Position numbers and translations under genes: made by a program. Below the pieces are notes generated by a model that was not told where the DNA came from, did no database searches, and saw only the letters and a program-made list of their open reading frames with translations. Below are positions 40,171 through 49,826 of a DNA stretch of 64,000 nt, piece after piece. Source of the stretch: Candidatus Hermodarchaeota archaeon (GTDB lineage Archaea > Asgardarchaeota > Thorarchaeia > Thorarchaeales > Thorarchaeaceae); assembly GCA_048885865.1 (NCBI GenBank), contig JBHLLF010000013.1, positions 1 through 64,000 of the forward strand. The letters run 5' to 3'. How positions within the stretch are numbered: position 1 is the first letter of the stretch; each line of letters opens with the position of its first letter.

Positions 40171-40923
40171 TTGACGACTGACGAGATTACTGATGACTTA
40201 GCAGGGATTGAACCCCCTGAAGAAACTGGTAAGTTTCCAGAACCCATGAAAGAGATTGTTTTTGTAAATGATCCCGAGAAAGCTACAATACTTGATGAAC
40301 AAGTAAGGTACATGATAATTCAGGTACTCAGGCGGGGCGTTGATGATACTTCTACTACGCGGGACGTTGACAGTACGACAGGCGAACGTATTATCCGTCA
40401 ACGAGATGTAAAGAGATATGCTATGTCAGTAGTAGAGATTGTCAAGTATTCTGAAACCTATGATGACATTGACAATATAACAAAGAATCAAGTCTACCAT
40501 CACCTTCCTAAACTGATTGAGGGAGGTTATGTTGTCAAATTTGGCACCGTGACAACTGGAAAAAGAACGACGGACTACTATAGGCGCACGGCCAAAGGAT
40601 TCGTCCTAACAGTTGGTGATTTTGCCGTTGATCAGAAGCTGATAAAGCAGAAGTCTAGCATCTATGTTGAAAAGTTCACGGAAATGTTTGATATTGATTT
40701 GACGGAGAAAGATAAGAAAGAACTCGCAGACCTCATGGTAGAGTCCATGAGAATGGAGCATCAGGGACGTGCTAAGATCGGTCAGCTGGTCAAGGGAGAT
40801 GTTGCCGATAAGAAAGTGCTGAGCATGTATGAAGACCTAGTCAAGCTCTATGCCCTAGGCGATGATGAGTGGATTAAGATTCAGAAAAAGATGCGTGAAA
40901 TCCTACTCCCAAAAAGCCTGTAA
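40171..40923 (+). CDS. Winged helix-turn-helix (ArsR-like) transcriptional regulator
   Basis: RYMIIQVL, KNQVYHHLPKLIEGGYV, YYRRTA. Confidence 0.8.
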   Translation: MTTDEITDDLAGIEPPEETGKFPEPMKEIVFVNDPEKATILDEQVRYMIIQVLRRGVDDTSTTRDVDSTTGERIIRQRDVKRYAMSVVEIVKYSETYDDIDNITKNQVYHHLPKLIEGGYVVKFGTVTTGKRTTDYYRRTAKGFVLTVGDFAVDQKLIKQKSSIYVEKFTEMFDIDLTEKDKKELADLMVESMRMEHQGRAKIGQLVKGDVADKKVLSMYEDLVKLYALGDDEWIKIQKKMREILLPKSL

Positions 40924-40937
40924 AAGCTACACACAGT

Positions 40938-41174
40938 CTAATCACAGGTGGCGCAGACGTTGGTCTGAGTCTCTCCAACACCATCGATTTCTCTTAGTTT
41001 CTCAACGACATACACACTCATGTCATCGTTAGTCTTGAAAGATGCTTTCACGATAATGTCAAAGGCCCCAAAGATGATGTAAGCCTCCTCGGTTCCATCA
41101 AGAGCCATGATTTCAGCCAGGACTTCTCTGTTAGTCATGCCTTCAACCTTTACCATAATGAACGCCGTGATCAT
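40938..41174 (-). CDS. Stand-alone Lrp/AsnC ligand-binding (RAM) domain protein
   Basis: AFIMVKV, IFGAFDIIVK, LREIDGVGETQT. Confidence 0.9.
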   Translation of the reverse strand: MITAFIMVKVEGMTNREVLAEIMALDGTEEAYIIFGAFDIIVKASFKTNDDMSVYVVEKLREIDGVGETQTNVCATCD

Positions 41175-41240
41175 TGCGTAGCACCTCTAGAGGAACTAGA
41201 AGACAAATGGCGAGCTCCTCTTATCCTTTGCGAAACGACA

Positions 41241-41615
41241 TCAAAGTCTACGCATGAACTGGACAGCAGTCTTGGAGAGATCAATAAGTGTCAGCTCAGG
41301 AATAGAATCATGCGTGGCCCAAGCGATTAGCCAAATGCCTATTTCAACGCGGGACATAAGCAAATGGCCTTGGTCTTGGTCGGCAGTTCCAATGTATGAT
41401 TCTTGATTTGATTTGATCCTGTTGTATTTGACTCCACCAATCTCTACACTCTCTCTTGCTGAAGCAGGCGCATCAGTGAGGGCTGCTGCGGCTGGTACAC
41501 AGTCCCAGTTGCTTGTCTGCCAAATAATCTCGCCATTCTTCAGAATGGCAAATGCCTGAATTTTGGGATTGTGCGAGTAAAGCAGATTCCATTCGTTGTC
41601 AATAGTCATATCCAT
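41241..41615 (-). CDS. Profilin-like protein (divergent paralog)
   Basis: AFAILKNGEIIWQTSNWD, IGGVKY, GHLLM, LIAWA; aligns with the neighbouring gene and Asgard profilins. Confidence 0.8.
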   Translation of the reverse strand: MDMTIDNEWNLLYSHNPKIQAFAILKNGEIIWQTSNWDCVPAAAALTDAPASARESVEIGGVKYNRIKSNQESYIGTADQDQGHLLMSRVEIGIWLIAWATHDSIPELTLIDLSKTAVQFMRRL

Positions 41616-41661
41616 TTCACAGTCACCAGAATATCATCATGGCTCGTTAAGAAGTAGTCGT

Positions 41662-41697
41662 TAGAGGGACATGAGGGGGAAACCCTCAGTCCATCTA
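41662..41697. terminator. Hairpin between the profilin genes
   Basis: TAGAGGGAC/GTCCATCTA outer stem and TGAGGG/CCCTCA inner stem. Confidence 0.5.
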
Positions 41698-41706
41698 GGA
41701 TTTTAG

Positions 41707-42087
41707 CTAGATTTTACCCTTTAGGGATTTTGCGGCTCGGTCTACGTCGACATAAATGCCGTCTGGAGCTGCTTCTGCTGCGGCCCAGGCAACCACAAAC
41801 TTCTCACCTTCAATCTTGGCTAGAACAAGGGTTCCATTCCCCGCCACATTTCGAGCAACTAGACTGTCCGGTGTGGTTCTTATTGTGGAGTACTTGATTT
41901 GATTCTGTGTAACTGAGGCAGCGCCAGAACTGACTGCTCTTCCAAGCTGAGCTGCGTCAGCCTGTAAATCCCAGTTATTACTCTGCCAGAGAACCTGTCC
42001 ACTGGCTGTGATCACTCCAAATGCCTGAACCATGTTCCCACTACTATTATACGCCTGTGTGTATGCATCCATGACTGGATCTGACAT
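41707..42087 (-). CDS. Asgard-type profilin
   Basis: 126 aa; G.VLWQSNNWD, QIKYS.I, VARNVAGNGTLVL typical of Asgard profilins. Confidence 0.87.
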   Translation of the reverse strand: MSDPVMDAYTQAYNSSGNMVQAFGVITASGQVLWQSNNWDLQADAAQLGRAVSSGAASVTQNQIKYSTIRTTPDSLVARNVAGNGTLVLAKIEGEKFVVAWAAAEAAPDGIYVDVDRAAKSLKGKI

Positions 42088-42200
42088 GATCGTTCACCCC
42101 GTGTTTTGCACGGCCTCAAGAAGGATGAGGAAATGATTCCATAAAAAGGAACTCTTGATAGCTCCTTCCCGAAGTAAATGGGTCACACTCATATGGCGAG

Positions 42201-42536
42201 GTGTTGCAAGCGTCTTGCATGGATAAGACTGTGATCCGGGAAACAGAAGACGGGGTGTTACTGAGGGTTATTGTTAAACCGAAGTCCACTCTGAAGCGGA
42301 TATTCTTCGATGTAAATCAAGACGCTTTGGTTGTCAACTTAAAATCACCAGCCAGAGAAGGAAAGGCCAACGCGGAGCTGCTCAAACGCGTGTCTAAGGT
42401 GTTTGGAATCTCAACTGGAGATATCAAGTTAGTTTCAGGGCAAAAGTCCAGAGAGAAGACATTGCTTATTACCGGATTGGAAATGCAAGCAATCAGAGCG
42501 ATGGTTGCTGAGATTGCAGGGGCAGAATCAGAATGA
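42201..42536 (+). CDS. DUF167/UPF0235 (YggU) family protein
   Basis: VIVKPKS, SPAREGKANAEL, SGQKSREK. Confidence 0.9.
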   Translation: MLQASCMDKTVIRETEDGVLLRVIVKPKSTLKRIFFDVNQDALVVNLKSPAREGKANAELLKRVSKVFGISTGDIKLVSGQKSREKTLLITGLEMQAIRAMVAEIAGAESE

Positions 42537-42789
42537 AATATTCACGCGAAGGTCAGAAATCTTATTTTGCCCTATTGGACCACTGATAGCCAAAATAGAC
42601 TGAAACTGATACTAGATTTGCTTCCACTTGGTAAAACAGGTTGAGTTGGCAATCAGGTGACTACGAAATGTGATCTCTGAGTCTCAAAGATGACATAAAC
42701 GATAAATGACGACGATTTCATGACACGTTCCACCCATTTATCACAACCAGACCTAGGACGCATTGAGAACGCAAGACGGAGGATAGCCA

Positions 42790-45033
42790 GTGACCAGAAT
42801 CCCGAGACCAACAAGAGGACTTCTAGTGGGTCTTTTCGGAGCTGGCTTGTTCTATGCACTGGTTGTGGCAGCAGAAGGACGGTGGGCGGATATCGATGTT
42901 CATACTGCTATTGCGGTAGAGATACTCCTGATTCTTGGAGCTCTCTTCCGAGAGCCAATAGACAAGAAGGGGCTCATCTTTGTCAGTTTCGGGATACTCG
43001 GTATTCTGCTTGCTACAATGATTCTTGGCGTGTTCACTGAGATGGTCATAATGGCCACTAGTGGAATGGCACTATACGCCTTTGGTATGAGTGAGCCAAA
43101 GTTCCCAATGACAAAACGGGCGATGGTCACAGGTATAATTGTAGGCACAATCATCACGTTTTTGGGAATTTACCTGAACCTGAAGCTCGGTGTTGTCTAT
43201 TTCATTGGTGCGGAGATGCTCGGTGCAATCATTCTTGGTACCATGGGACTATATACTCCAGAAGAGAACACAATCGTCGTGGCAATTGCCAATAGCTCGG
43301 GAATGATATCAGTTGGAGTCCTAGTGACCTTTCCAGCAATTGCCATTTGGTTACCTACCATTGATCCTGCATTGACGGCGCTTGTCGACCAGATTGTCAC
43401 AATACCATTCATTATGCTAGTCATCGCGATGAGTGGGATATTCGGTATGATTCTTCTCTTGCCATGGCGTGACATCTTCGAAGATGAGCCATGGCCACAA
43501 GTCCAACCACAGGCAGAAACCATTCTAGCCTTGGGAGCTGACCCATCATCAAAGAAGGCTGTTTTGACAGGAATGGCAGCATCCGGAGCATGGATGGGAG
43601 TCACAAAAGCAGCCGAGGAACTCACTGGAGGGAGCCTTGAAGCATTACCCAATGCTCTCGCTCCTGCAATCCCTATGGCAGGAAATGTACCGGAATGGAT
43701 AGGCGTTTCGAACTCTCCACTCATTGCAGGCGTTGGTTATTTCGTCGGCTGGAAGAGAGTGCTCATCATAGCAGGAGGCTCCGTAATTTCACTTCTTGTA
43801 TGGATTCTCCTGGAAGGAGCGGCGCCCATTCACTACGGGGATCATCTTCATCGTGCTGAGATCATATACATGGTCCTTGGGATTTTCGTTGCTGTTATAG
43901 CTAAGGATCTTCTATCAAGCAGAGATGAGGATTTGAAGCCTGACCATTTCAAAAGGCTGCTTGAGAGGGAAATCAGTGGGAAGGATGAACGGGGTGATGG
44001 ACCTCAGGTAATTGAAGACCCACACAAGACGCGAGACGTACCCAGGCTTATGAGAGTACAGCAGGAGCTATTCTCAATTGAAATGATTAAGGAAGAGATT
44101 CGAGAAATTGCTGAAAATCCTCGAGCCTACCTTCGAAGTCGAAGAGGCCAGCTACCCCCATGGGTCGCTTTTGCTTCTCTTGGCCTTTTCATCTTGGCCG
44201 GCATAATCATATTCTGGTTTCTGACGCCGTTTCCCGAACTTCGAATAAGTTGGCTGCTTTTTGTACTGGGTTCTCCATTGGCAATGGTTTCAGCTTACTT
44301 TACTGCGAGAGCTGTGTGTGAAACAGGCATGCTAGCAGGATATATCTCAGATATCATAGCAATTCCCGCCATTCTTTTCTTTCGAGTCACGTTTCAAGCC
44401 ATCACTACATTCATGGCTATGCTGGGAGGGCTTCAGGATGCCGCACTTGCGCTACTAGTACATCTCAAACTTGGAAGACTTACAGGTGTGAGAGGACGCG
44501 ATATTGTCAAAGCCGTCCTCATCGGGATGATTCTGGGCTCGCTAGTTGGATCTGTAGTGACCTTTGGCTTGTTCAAGAACCCCGGATTTGGAGGCAGCGA
44601 GCTGCCAAGCCCAGCAGCTCAACTGTTTGGTTTTCTCGTCATCAGCCTTTCTCAAATAGGCGAGTTCCAATTGCCCGGAGTTGGAGATCTTCCGGGAGTG
44701 CATCCAATTCTCGCTTTCCTCTACCTTCTAATCTTTGCAATAGCTGGCTTCTTAGCAGCCAGAGAATTAGGTAAGAGAGGTTATAGTGCCATCAGTCTAG
44801 GCGTGGGCGTTTTGATTCCTCCAGCCACAGCAGTTACTATGCTCTTTGGAGCTTACATCAAATATAGAACAGAAAAGAAGTATGGGTCTATAGCTAGCCC
44901 CATTGATGGGTGTGAACCTCCGACTGAGCAGGTCAGAAGTAGAATCACACAGGTGCTCAGTGGTGTCGTTGCAGGAGAGGCTGTAGTCACGATAGCTTGG
45001 GTCATTTGGAGCGTTCTTTTGCGTGGAATCTAA
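42790..45033 (+). CDS. OPT/YSL family transporter
   Basis: Many TM helices; YLNLKLG, EENTIV, LPSPAAQ. Confidence 0.75.
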   Translation: MTRIPRPTRGLLVGLFGAGLFYALVVAAEGRWADIDVHTAIAVEILLILGALFREPIDKKGLIFVSFGILGILLATMILGVFTEMVIMATSGMALYAFGMSEPKFPMTKRAMVTGIIVGTIITFLGIYLNLKLGVVYFIGAEMLGAIILGTMGLYTPEENTIVVAIANSSGMISVGVLVTFPAIAIWLPTIDPALTALVDQIVTIPFIMLVIAMSGIFGMILLLPWRDIFEDEPWPQVQPQAETILALGADPSSKKAVLTGMAASGAWMGVTKAAEELTGGSLEALPNALAPAIPMAGNVPEWIGVSNSPLIAGVGYFVGWKRVLIIAGGSVISLLVWILLEGAAPIHYGDHLHRAEIIYMVLGIFVAVIAKDLLSSRDEDLKPDHFKRLLEREISGKDERGDGPQVIEDPHKTRDVPRLMRVQQELFSIEMIKEEIREIAENPRAYLRSRRGQLPPWVAFASLGLFILAGIIIFWFLTPFPELRISWLLFVLGSPLAMVSAYFTARAVCETGMLAGYISDIIAIPAILFFRVTFQAITTFMAMLGGLQDAALALLVHLKLGRLTGVRGRDIVKAVLIGMILGSLVGSVVTFGLFKNPGFGGSELPSPAAQLFGFLVISLSQIGEFQLPGVGDLPGVHPILAFLYLLIFAIAGFLAARELGKRGYSAISLGVGVLIPPATAVTMLFGAYIKYRTEKKYGSIASPIDGCEPPTEQVRSRITQVLSGVVAGEAVVTIAWVIWSVLLRGI

Positions 45034-45998
45034 TTTCGTTCATCTACATACTCAGCTAGTCTTTGTAGGAACTTTGGAAAGTCATTCTTGTACATGCTTG
45101 CACCAGCAGCAGCTGGATGACCGCCACCTTGAGCACCCTCCATCTCAGGCAGTATGCTATCAAGTGCCTTGTTTAAATCAACACTGGACTGTCTCCGTCG
45201 TAGGCTCATGTCTACTTCATCATCAGTTGATCTGGCGCTTATGCCAACATTGGCATCTGTCACATAGGCTGCAAACTTTGCACTCTTTCCTCGGTAGCCA
45301 TTTATTGGCATGTCAAGGACATAGCCAATTGGGCCTAGCTTTCGGGCATTTCCTTGGACATAGCGAAACACTTGATGCTCGATTCTGGTGGCCTTCAGTG
45401 CCAGGGTCACTATGTCATTCATTGAACTTGGCTCTATTCCAAGAGTCAATTGACGAACAATATCCTTAGCTTCCTTTCGATAGTCAATCTCCTGAAGGGC
45501 TTGAACGAGCAAGCCAGCTTCAAGATAGAGTGTGCGTTTGTCATAATTGTCGAACTGCTGCCTAGCAAATTCTGTGTCATCACAGTAGTCACCAATTGCT
45601 CCATAAAGCGCAAGGCGAAGAGCATGTTCTGGAAGCTGTCCTTTGAACTCTCTAAATACAAGCTCTGCTGCTGAAGGGCCAACTTCGTGAACTAGATGTA
45701 CTCGCTTTGAAAGCTCTCGTCTTTGTTTGGTGGTAATTGGATGATGGTCCATCCAGTAGATTGCAGTTGAGTCAGGAAATCGATCAATTGCGTCCAAAAT
45801 CTCATTGAATTTCTTGCTATTTATGGCGATATCACTAATGGTGACTTTTGTAGGTCTGTCTTTTGCGACTCTATAGAGATCCTGATGAAGCTGCGATGGT
45901 CTCGTGAAATAGAAGTCAGAGCCGGGAAATGCTAAGAGTGCAATCGCTCCTGACACGATGCCGTCGAGGTCTCCATGACTGAGTACAACCGTTGTCAC
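45030..45998 (-). CDS. DHH/DHHA1 family phosphoesterase
   Basis: HGDLDG, MDHH, GGGHPAAAG. Confidence 0.92.
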   Translation of the reverse strand: MTTVVLSHGDLDGIVSGAIALLAFPGSDFYFTRPSQLHQDLYRVAKDRPTKVTISDIAINSKKFNEILDAIDRFPDSTAIYWMDHHPITTKQRRELSKRVHLVHEVGPSAAELVFREFKGQLPEHALRLALYGAIGDYCDDTEFARQQFDNYDKRTLYLEAGLLVQALQEIDYRKEAKDIVRQLTLGIEPSSMNDIVTLALKATRIEHQVFRYVQGNARKLGPIGYVLDMPINGYRGKSAKFAAYVTDANVGISARSTDDEVDMSLRRRQSSVDLNKALDSILPEMEGAQGGGHPAAAGASMYKNDFPKFLQRLAEYVDERN

Positions 45999-46022
45999 AA
46001 TGATACTCCTCCTGGGGACTAT

Positions 46023-47459
46023 CTATGTCTTGTACGCTTCCTCTAATGCTTTGTCCCACTCATCTTTCTCCTCAGGTTTGGCCTTCATTTTCTTGCGGGC
46101 TTTCTCACGTTCCTTTCTTTTCCTAGCCGCGTCTTTCTTCTTCTGAGAGAGTTCTTTCTTTCGTCGCTTCAGCTCTTCCTTCTCTTCTTTGGTCAGCTTG
46201 ACATCTTCTTCTCGCTTCGAGAACCAACTGATGACCATTGCCGCAAATGGAAATAGCAACACAATGGGCACTAGGAACAGAAGGACTATCTCTGGCTGGA
46301 GCACCTCTATACTGGTCTGAATGCCAACAGGAGGATTCAGAAGGAGCAGGAAAACAGCAGGGCTCATCATCATAAAGGATATCGCCACTACACTCAGAAA
46401 TCGGAATATCGAGCCCATTATTGTAGAGCCTATGACATAACTTGAGGAAGGCGCTGCTGCTTTTGCTGTGAGTTCATCCCGAGCTCTTGAGTCAGTCTGG
46501 AGCAGCTCATCCACGAAAATCTGCAGACGACGAACATCAGACACTGCATCAAGGTTCTCCAGAGCATCTTGACTACCAACAACCTTTCGTTCTATTGCTT
46601 CTCGCAAAAACGAGAATGCGGTCGATCCCGAAGACCTGCTCATCGCCGTTGTGCTAACCTTCTCCCCTCTTTCAATGGCATCCTGCTTTCGGGTTGCCTG
46701 TCTCAATGCCAACAGTTGTTTCTTTAGGGTTTCCTCCCTGTCCTCTACTGGTTTTCCAACAGAATAGCTATAGATCATTTGATAGCTGAGTTCGAGATAA
46801 GCAAAAGAAACTAGAACAAGAACTTGAAGATCGCTGAAAAGGAATTCTATAAAGTCCTCTGGAAAGGTTTCATAATCGAGTATGGCATGCTCATTGGCAA
46901 AGAAGGGGAGATTAATTCCAAAGTCGCCAAGGATTGCTACAATTGTATTTCGGAGTACTGCGATAAGCAGAATCATCTGCAAAGAGATGAAGGCACCGCC
47001 TACGAATTTGTGTTCCATTTTAACTAGGGACTGTAGGAAGAGCGCCACTCCAATGCCAGCACATAGAAAATAGAGGAACAGGAATGTGTTTTCGAAGAGA
47101 GAAGTCAACACCTCGAAGATATCCACTGAAAACCGTGCAAATACCTCATTCACATTAGTAATGGGACCGGATACGCCGTAGGGCTGCATATACCATGTTC
47201 GAAGGGTGATTGTGTTATAGAGCCCTACAACAAGCTCGTTCGGTACTGTGCCAGTTATTGCAGTTGATAGTCCAGTGACGAGGACAAATGAGATGAAGAA
47301 GAATAGGAGTGATAGGAGACGAAACACCGTAACCACAAAGTCATAGGGAGCGTTCCAGTGCCAGACATCGTTAGGATCCATGGTTGTGTAAATCAGGAAA
47401 GCCATGGCCACAAACGAGGCTGTGGAGGCAATGCGAAGAATCCAAGTAGTGACTCTCAG
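46023..47459 (-). CDS. Polytopic membrane protein with basic C-terminal tail (probable CTG start at 47459)
   Basis: ORF track starts mid-helix at 47411; the frame stays open upstream to a CTG overlapping the TGA of the DUF58 gene. Confidence 0.75.
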   Translation of the reverse strand: MRVTTWILRIASTASFVAMAFLIYTTMDPNDVWHWNAPYDFVVTVFRLLSLLFFFISFVLVTGLSTAITGTVPNELVVGLYNTITLRTWYMQPYGVSGPITNVNEVFARFSVDIFEVLTSLFENTFLFLYFLCAGIGVALFLQSLVKMEHKFVGGAFISLQMILLIAVLRNTIVAILGDFGINLPFFANEHAILDYETFPEDFIEFLFSDLQVLVLVSFAYLELSYQMIYSYSVGKPVEDREETLKKQLLALRQATRKQDAIERGEKVSTTAMSRSSGSTAFSFLREAIERKVVGSQDALENLDAVSDVRRLQIFVDELLQTDSRARDELTAKAAAPSSSYVIGSTIMGSIFRFLSVVAISFMMMSPAVFLLLLNPPVGIQTSIEVLQPEIVLLFLVPIVLLFPFAAMVISWFSKREEDVKLTKEEKEELKRRKKELSQKKKDAARKRKEREKARKKMKAKPEEKDEWDKALEEAYKT

Positions 47460-48799
47460 AACAATGCCACCCCCCTCTGCTTTGCCTGTTCATAGGTCTT
47501 GATGATTGCTGGAAGGAAATCCTCAGGTCCTACATTGACAACACTAATCCCAAACTTCGCTAACGCACGTGCAATCTTCCTTCGGCGTTCCCATAGCTCT
47601 TCAGAAACGGCTTCCGCTAGAACCTTCTCAACCGGTCCAAACTGTCCCACAGGAGCCTCAAACCAGGGTCCAAACGGGCTAATGACCATCGCTCTGTGAC
47701 CATTTGCAACTAAAGTCTTCATAGCATTGAGTAGAGGACCAGGACTCTCCTCAAGATCAGTCAACCAGATGACGAGTGTACGTTTCCTTGTTTGTGAAAC
47801 GACGTGGGCAATTGCAGACTCATAGTCGCTCCAGCCTTTTGGCTCAGCCATTGCGAGAGACTCCAAAACATTATACATGTGATTTGGATGAGTACTTGGT
47901 GGCACAAATGAATGCACGAATTCACTAAACACACATGTGCCAACCAGGTCTTTTCGTTCGAGTCCAAGGTGAGTCAGTAGAACCGCGGCGCGGATGGCGT
48001 ATTCCAGCTTGGTGTTCTCTGGGTACCCATTGCCCATGCTCCCACTTGTGTCCACCATACACATGATTTGGACGTTCTTCTCTTGCTCATACTGCTTTAT
48101 TACCATGTCACCGCGTTTTGCACTGGTCTTCCAATCAATCAGTCTGAACGAGTCCCCAGGCATGTACTCACGAAATCCTGTGAAGTCGGTCCCCATTCCG
48201 ACTATCTTTGTACGATGGGATCCAAACATAAGTCCCAGTTGTCGTTGTTTCCCAATGGCATCCAATCGTCGAACATCTTTCCATGTTGGATATACCAAGA
48301 CCTCTGTTTCGGCCTTCAGAGACCTTTTGTAATAGTGCAATCCAAGCCGGTCACGCATAATTACCTCAGTCGGGCCAATATTGTAGCGGCCACGCATTCT
48401 CGCCTGTAGAATATAGGAGAAGGTGATGCTACTTCCTGGCTCTATACGAGTTGCGATGAAGTTCTCACCTATGGCAAGAATCCAAGTCTCGGGATATTGG
48501 TCATGCACCTCTATGAAGTCGAAGTGTCGACGCGAGGTGTTCCTGATTGTGACTCTGACACGGAGAAAGTCACCTGAAAACAGCTTGAGTTTGTCAATCT
48601 GGCGGTCAACCTCAATACCAGCGATGTTGGCAGTAAGTGCAAAGAAAGGCAGAGAAACGACTAAGCCGATGATAAGATACACGCCTAGAGTTGTGAGGTA
48701 GAAGTTCCCTCCTAGGGCAAATCCACTAGTGAGGAATGTTACTGCTGCAAAGATTACGACAAAGCCTCTCTGCGTGATCACAGTTGTTCTTCTCCGCAC
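47456..48799 (-). CDS. DUF58 domain (vWA-like) protein
   Basis: GTDFTGFREYMPGDSFRLIDWKTSAK, VDTSGSM. Confidence 0.92.
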   Translation of the reverse strand: MRRRTTVITQRGFVVIFAAVTFLTSGFALGGNFYLTTLGVYLIIGLVVSLPFFALTANIAGIEVDRQIDKLKLFSGDFLRVRVTIRNTSRRHFDFIEVHDQYPETWILAIGENFIATRIEPGSSITFSYILQARMRGRYNIGPTEVIMRDRLGLHYYKRSLKAETEVLVYPTWKDVRRLDAIGKQRQLGLMFGSHRTKIVGMGTDFTGFREYMPGDSFRLIDWKTSAKRGDMVIKQYEQEKNVQIMCMVDTSGSMGNGYPENTKLEYAIRAAVLLTHLGLERKDLVGTCVFSEFVHSFVPPSTHPNHMYNVLESLAMAEPKGWSDYESAIAHVVSQTRKRTLVIWLTDLEESPGPLLNAMKTLVANGHRAMVISPFGPWFEAPVGQFGPVEKVLAEAVSEELWERRRKIARALAKFGISVVNVGPEDFLPAIIKTYEQAKQRGVALF

Positions 48800-48818
48800 T
48801 TACATTGCTTATAGCCGG

Positions 48819-49808
48819 TTATCGAGGACAATCAACTTCTCCAAGTATCTTTGAGACCAGTCTCTCTACGGACAGGCCCTCAAGTTCAGCTTCAGGCTTC
48901 AAGACCAGTCGATGATTCAGACACTGAACTGTCAATCTCCGAACATCTTCAGGTATCACATAGTCACGCCCATCCATCGCGGCTCGTGTCTTGGATGCAC
49001 TCATGAGAACCAATGATGCACGAGGCGATCCGCCGAGGAGAATTTGGGGATCATTCCTTGTCCGTATGACGATATCGCGGATGTAATTGATAATGTCCTC
49101 CTCGATGTACACAGTTTTACACGCATTCTGCATTCGTGCAATAGTTGTAGGATCTGCAAGGATCTGAAGGTCAGAAGCCTCTCCAATGTGCTTCCTTCGA
49201 ATGACCTCTGCCTCTTCGGAGTCAGTGGGATAGTCCAGAATCAGCCTAAACATGAATCTGTCAAGCTGAGCCTCGGGAAGAGGATAGGTTCCTTCCTGTT
49301 CTACTGGATTCTGTGTCGCAATGATCAGGAAGGGTCTAGGAAGTTTCCTTGTGACTCCTTCTATCGAAACCTGTCGTTCCTCCATCACCTCAAGCAAAGC
49401 ACTCTGAGACTTTGGGGGGCATCGATTGATCTCGTCTGCAAGCACAAGATTCGAAAATACTGGACCCTTTCGGTACCAGAACTCTCCTGTCCTCTGGTTG
49501 AACACATTGCTACCCAGCAGGTCCGCTGGGAGCGTATCAACCGTGAGTTGTATTCTCTTAAACGCACAACCTAGAATGGACGCGAACGTGCGTGCCATGT
49601 AGGTCTTCGCCAAACCAGGCACGCCCTCCAGCACAACATGTCCGTTTGATAGGAATGCTATGAGCACATCACGGAGTATATCCTCCTTGCCGACGATGAT
49701 TCTCCCACACTCACGGATGATTTCTGAGCTTAGAGTGTAGACCTCATCGATGCTCATTGGCTGAAGCACCTCAGCTGGTTCGGCACCGGTTGCTTCTTCT
49801 GTTGTCAT
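48819..49808 (-). CDS. moxR: MoxR family AAA+ ATPase
   Basis: EGVPGLAKT, LADEINR, ATQNPVEQEGTYPLPEAQLDRF. Confidence 0.95.
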   Translation of the reverse strand: MTTEEATGAEPAEVLQPMSIDEVYTLSSEIIRECGRIIVGKEDILRDVLIAFLSNGHVVLEGVPGLAKTYMARTFASILGCAFKRIQLTVDTLPADLLGSNVFNQRTGEFWYRKGPVFSNLVLADEINRCPPKSQSALLEVMEERQVSIEGVTRKLPRPFLIIATQNPVEQEGTYPLPEAQLDRFMFRLILDYPTDSEEAEVIRRKHIGEASDLQILADPTTIARMQNACKTVYIEEDIINYIRDIVIRTRNDPQILLGGSPRASLVLMSASKTRAAMDGRDYVIPEDVRRLTVQCLNHRLVLKPEAELEGLSVERLVSKILGEVDCPR

Positions 49809-49826
49809 TTTTTTCTACCTCACAAT

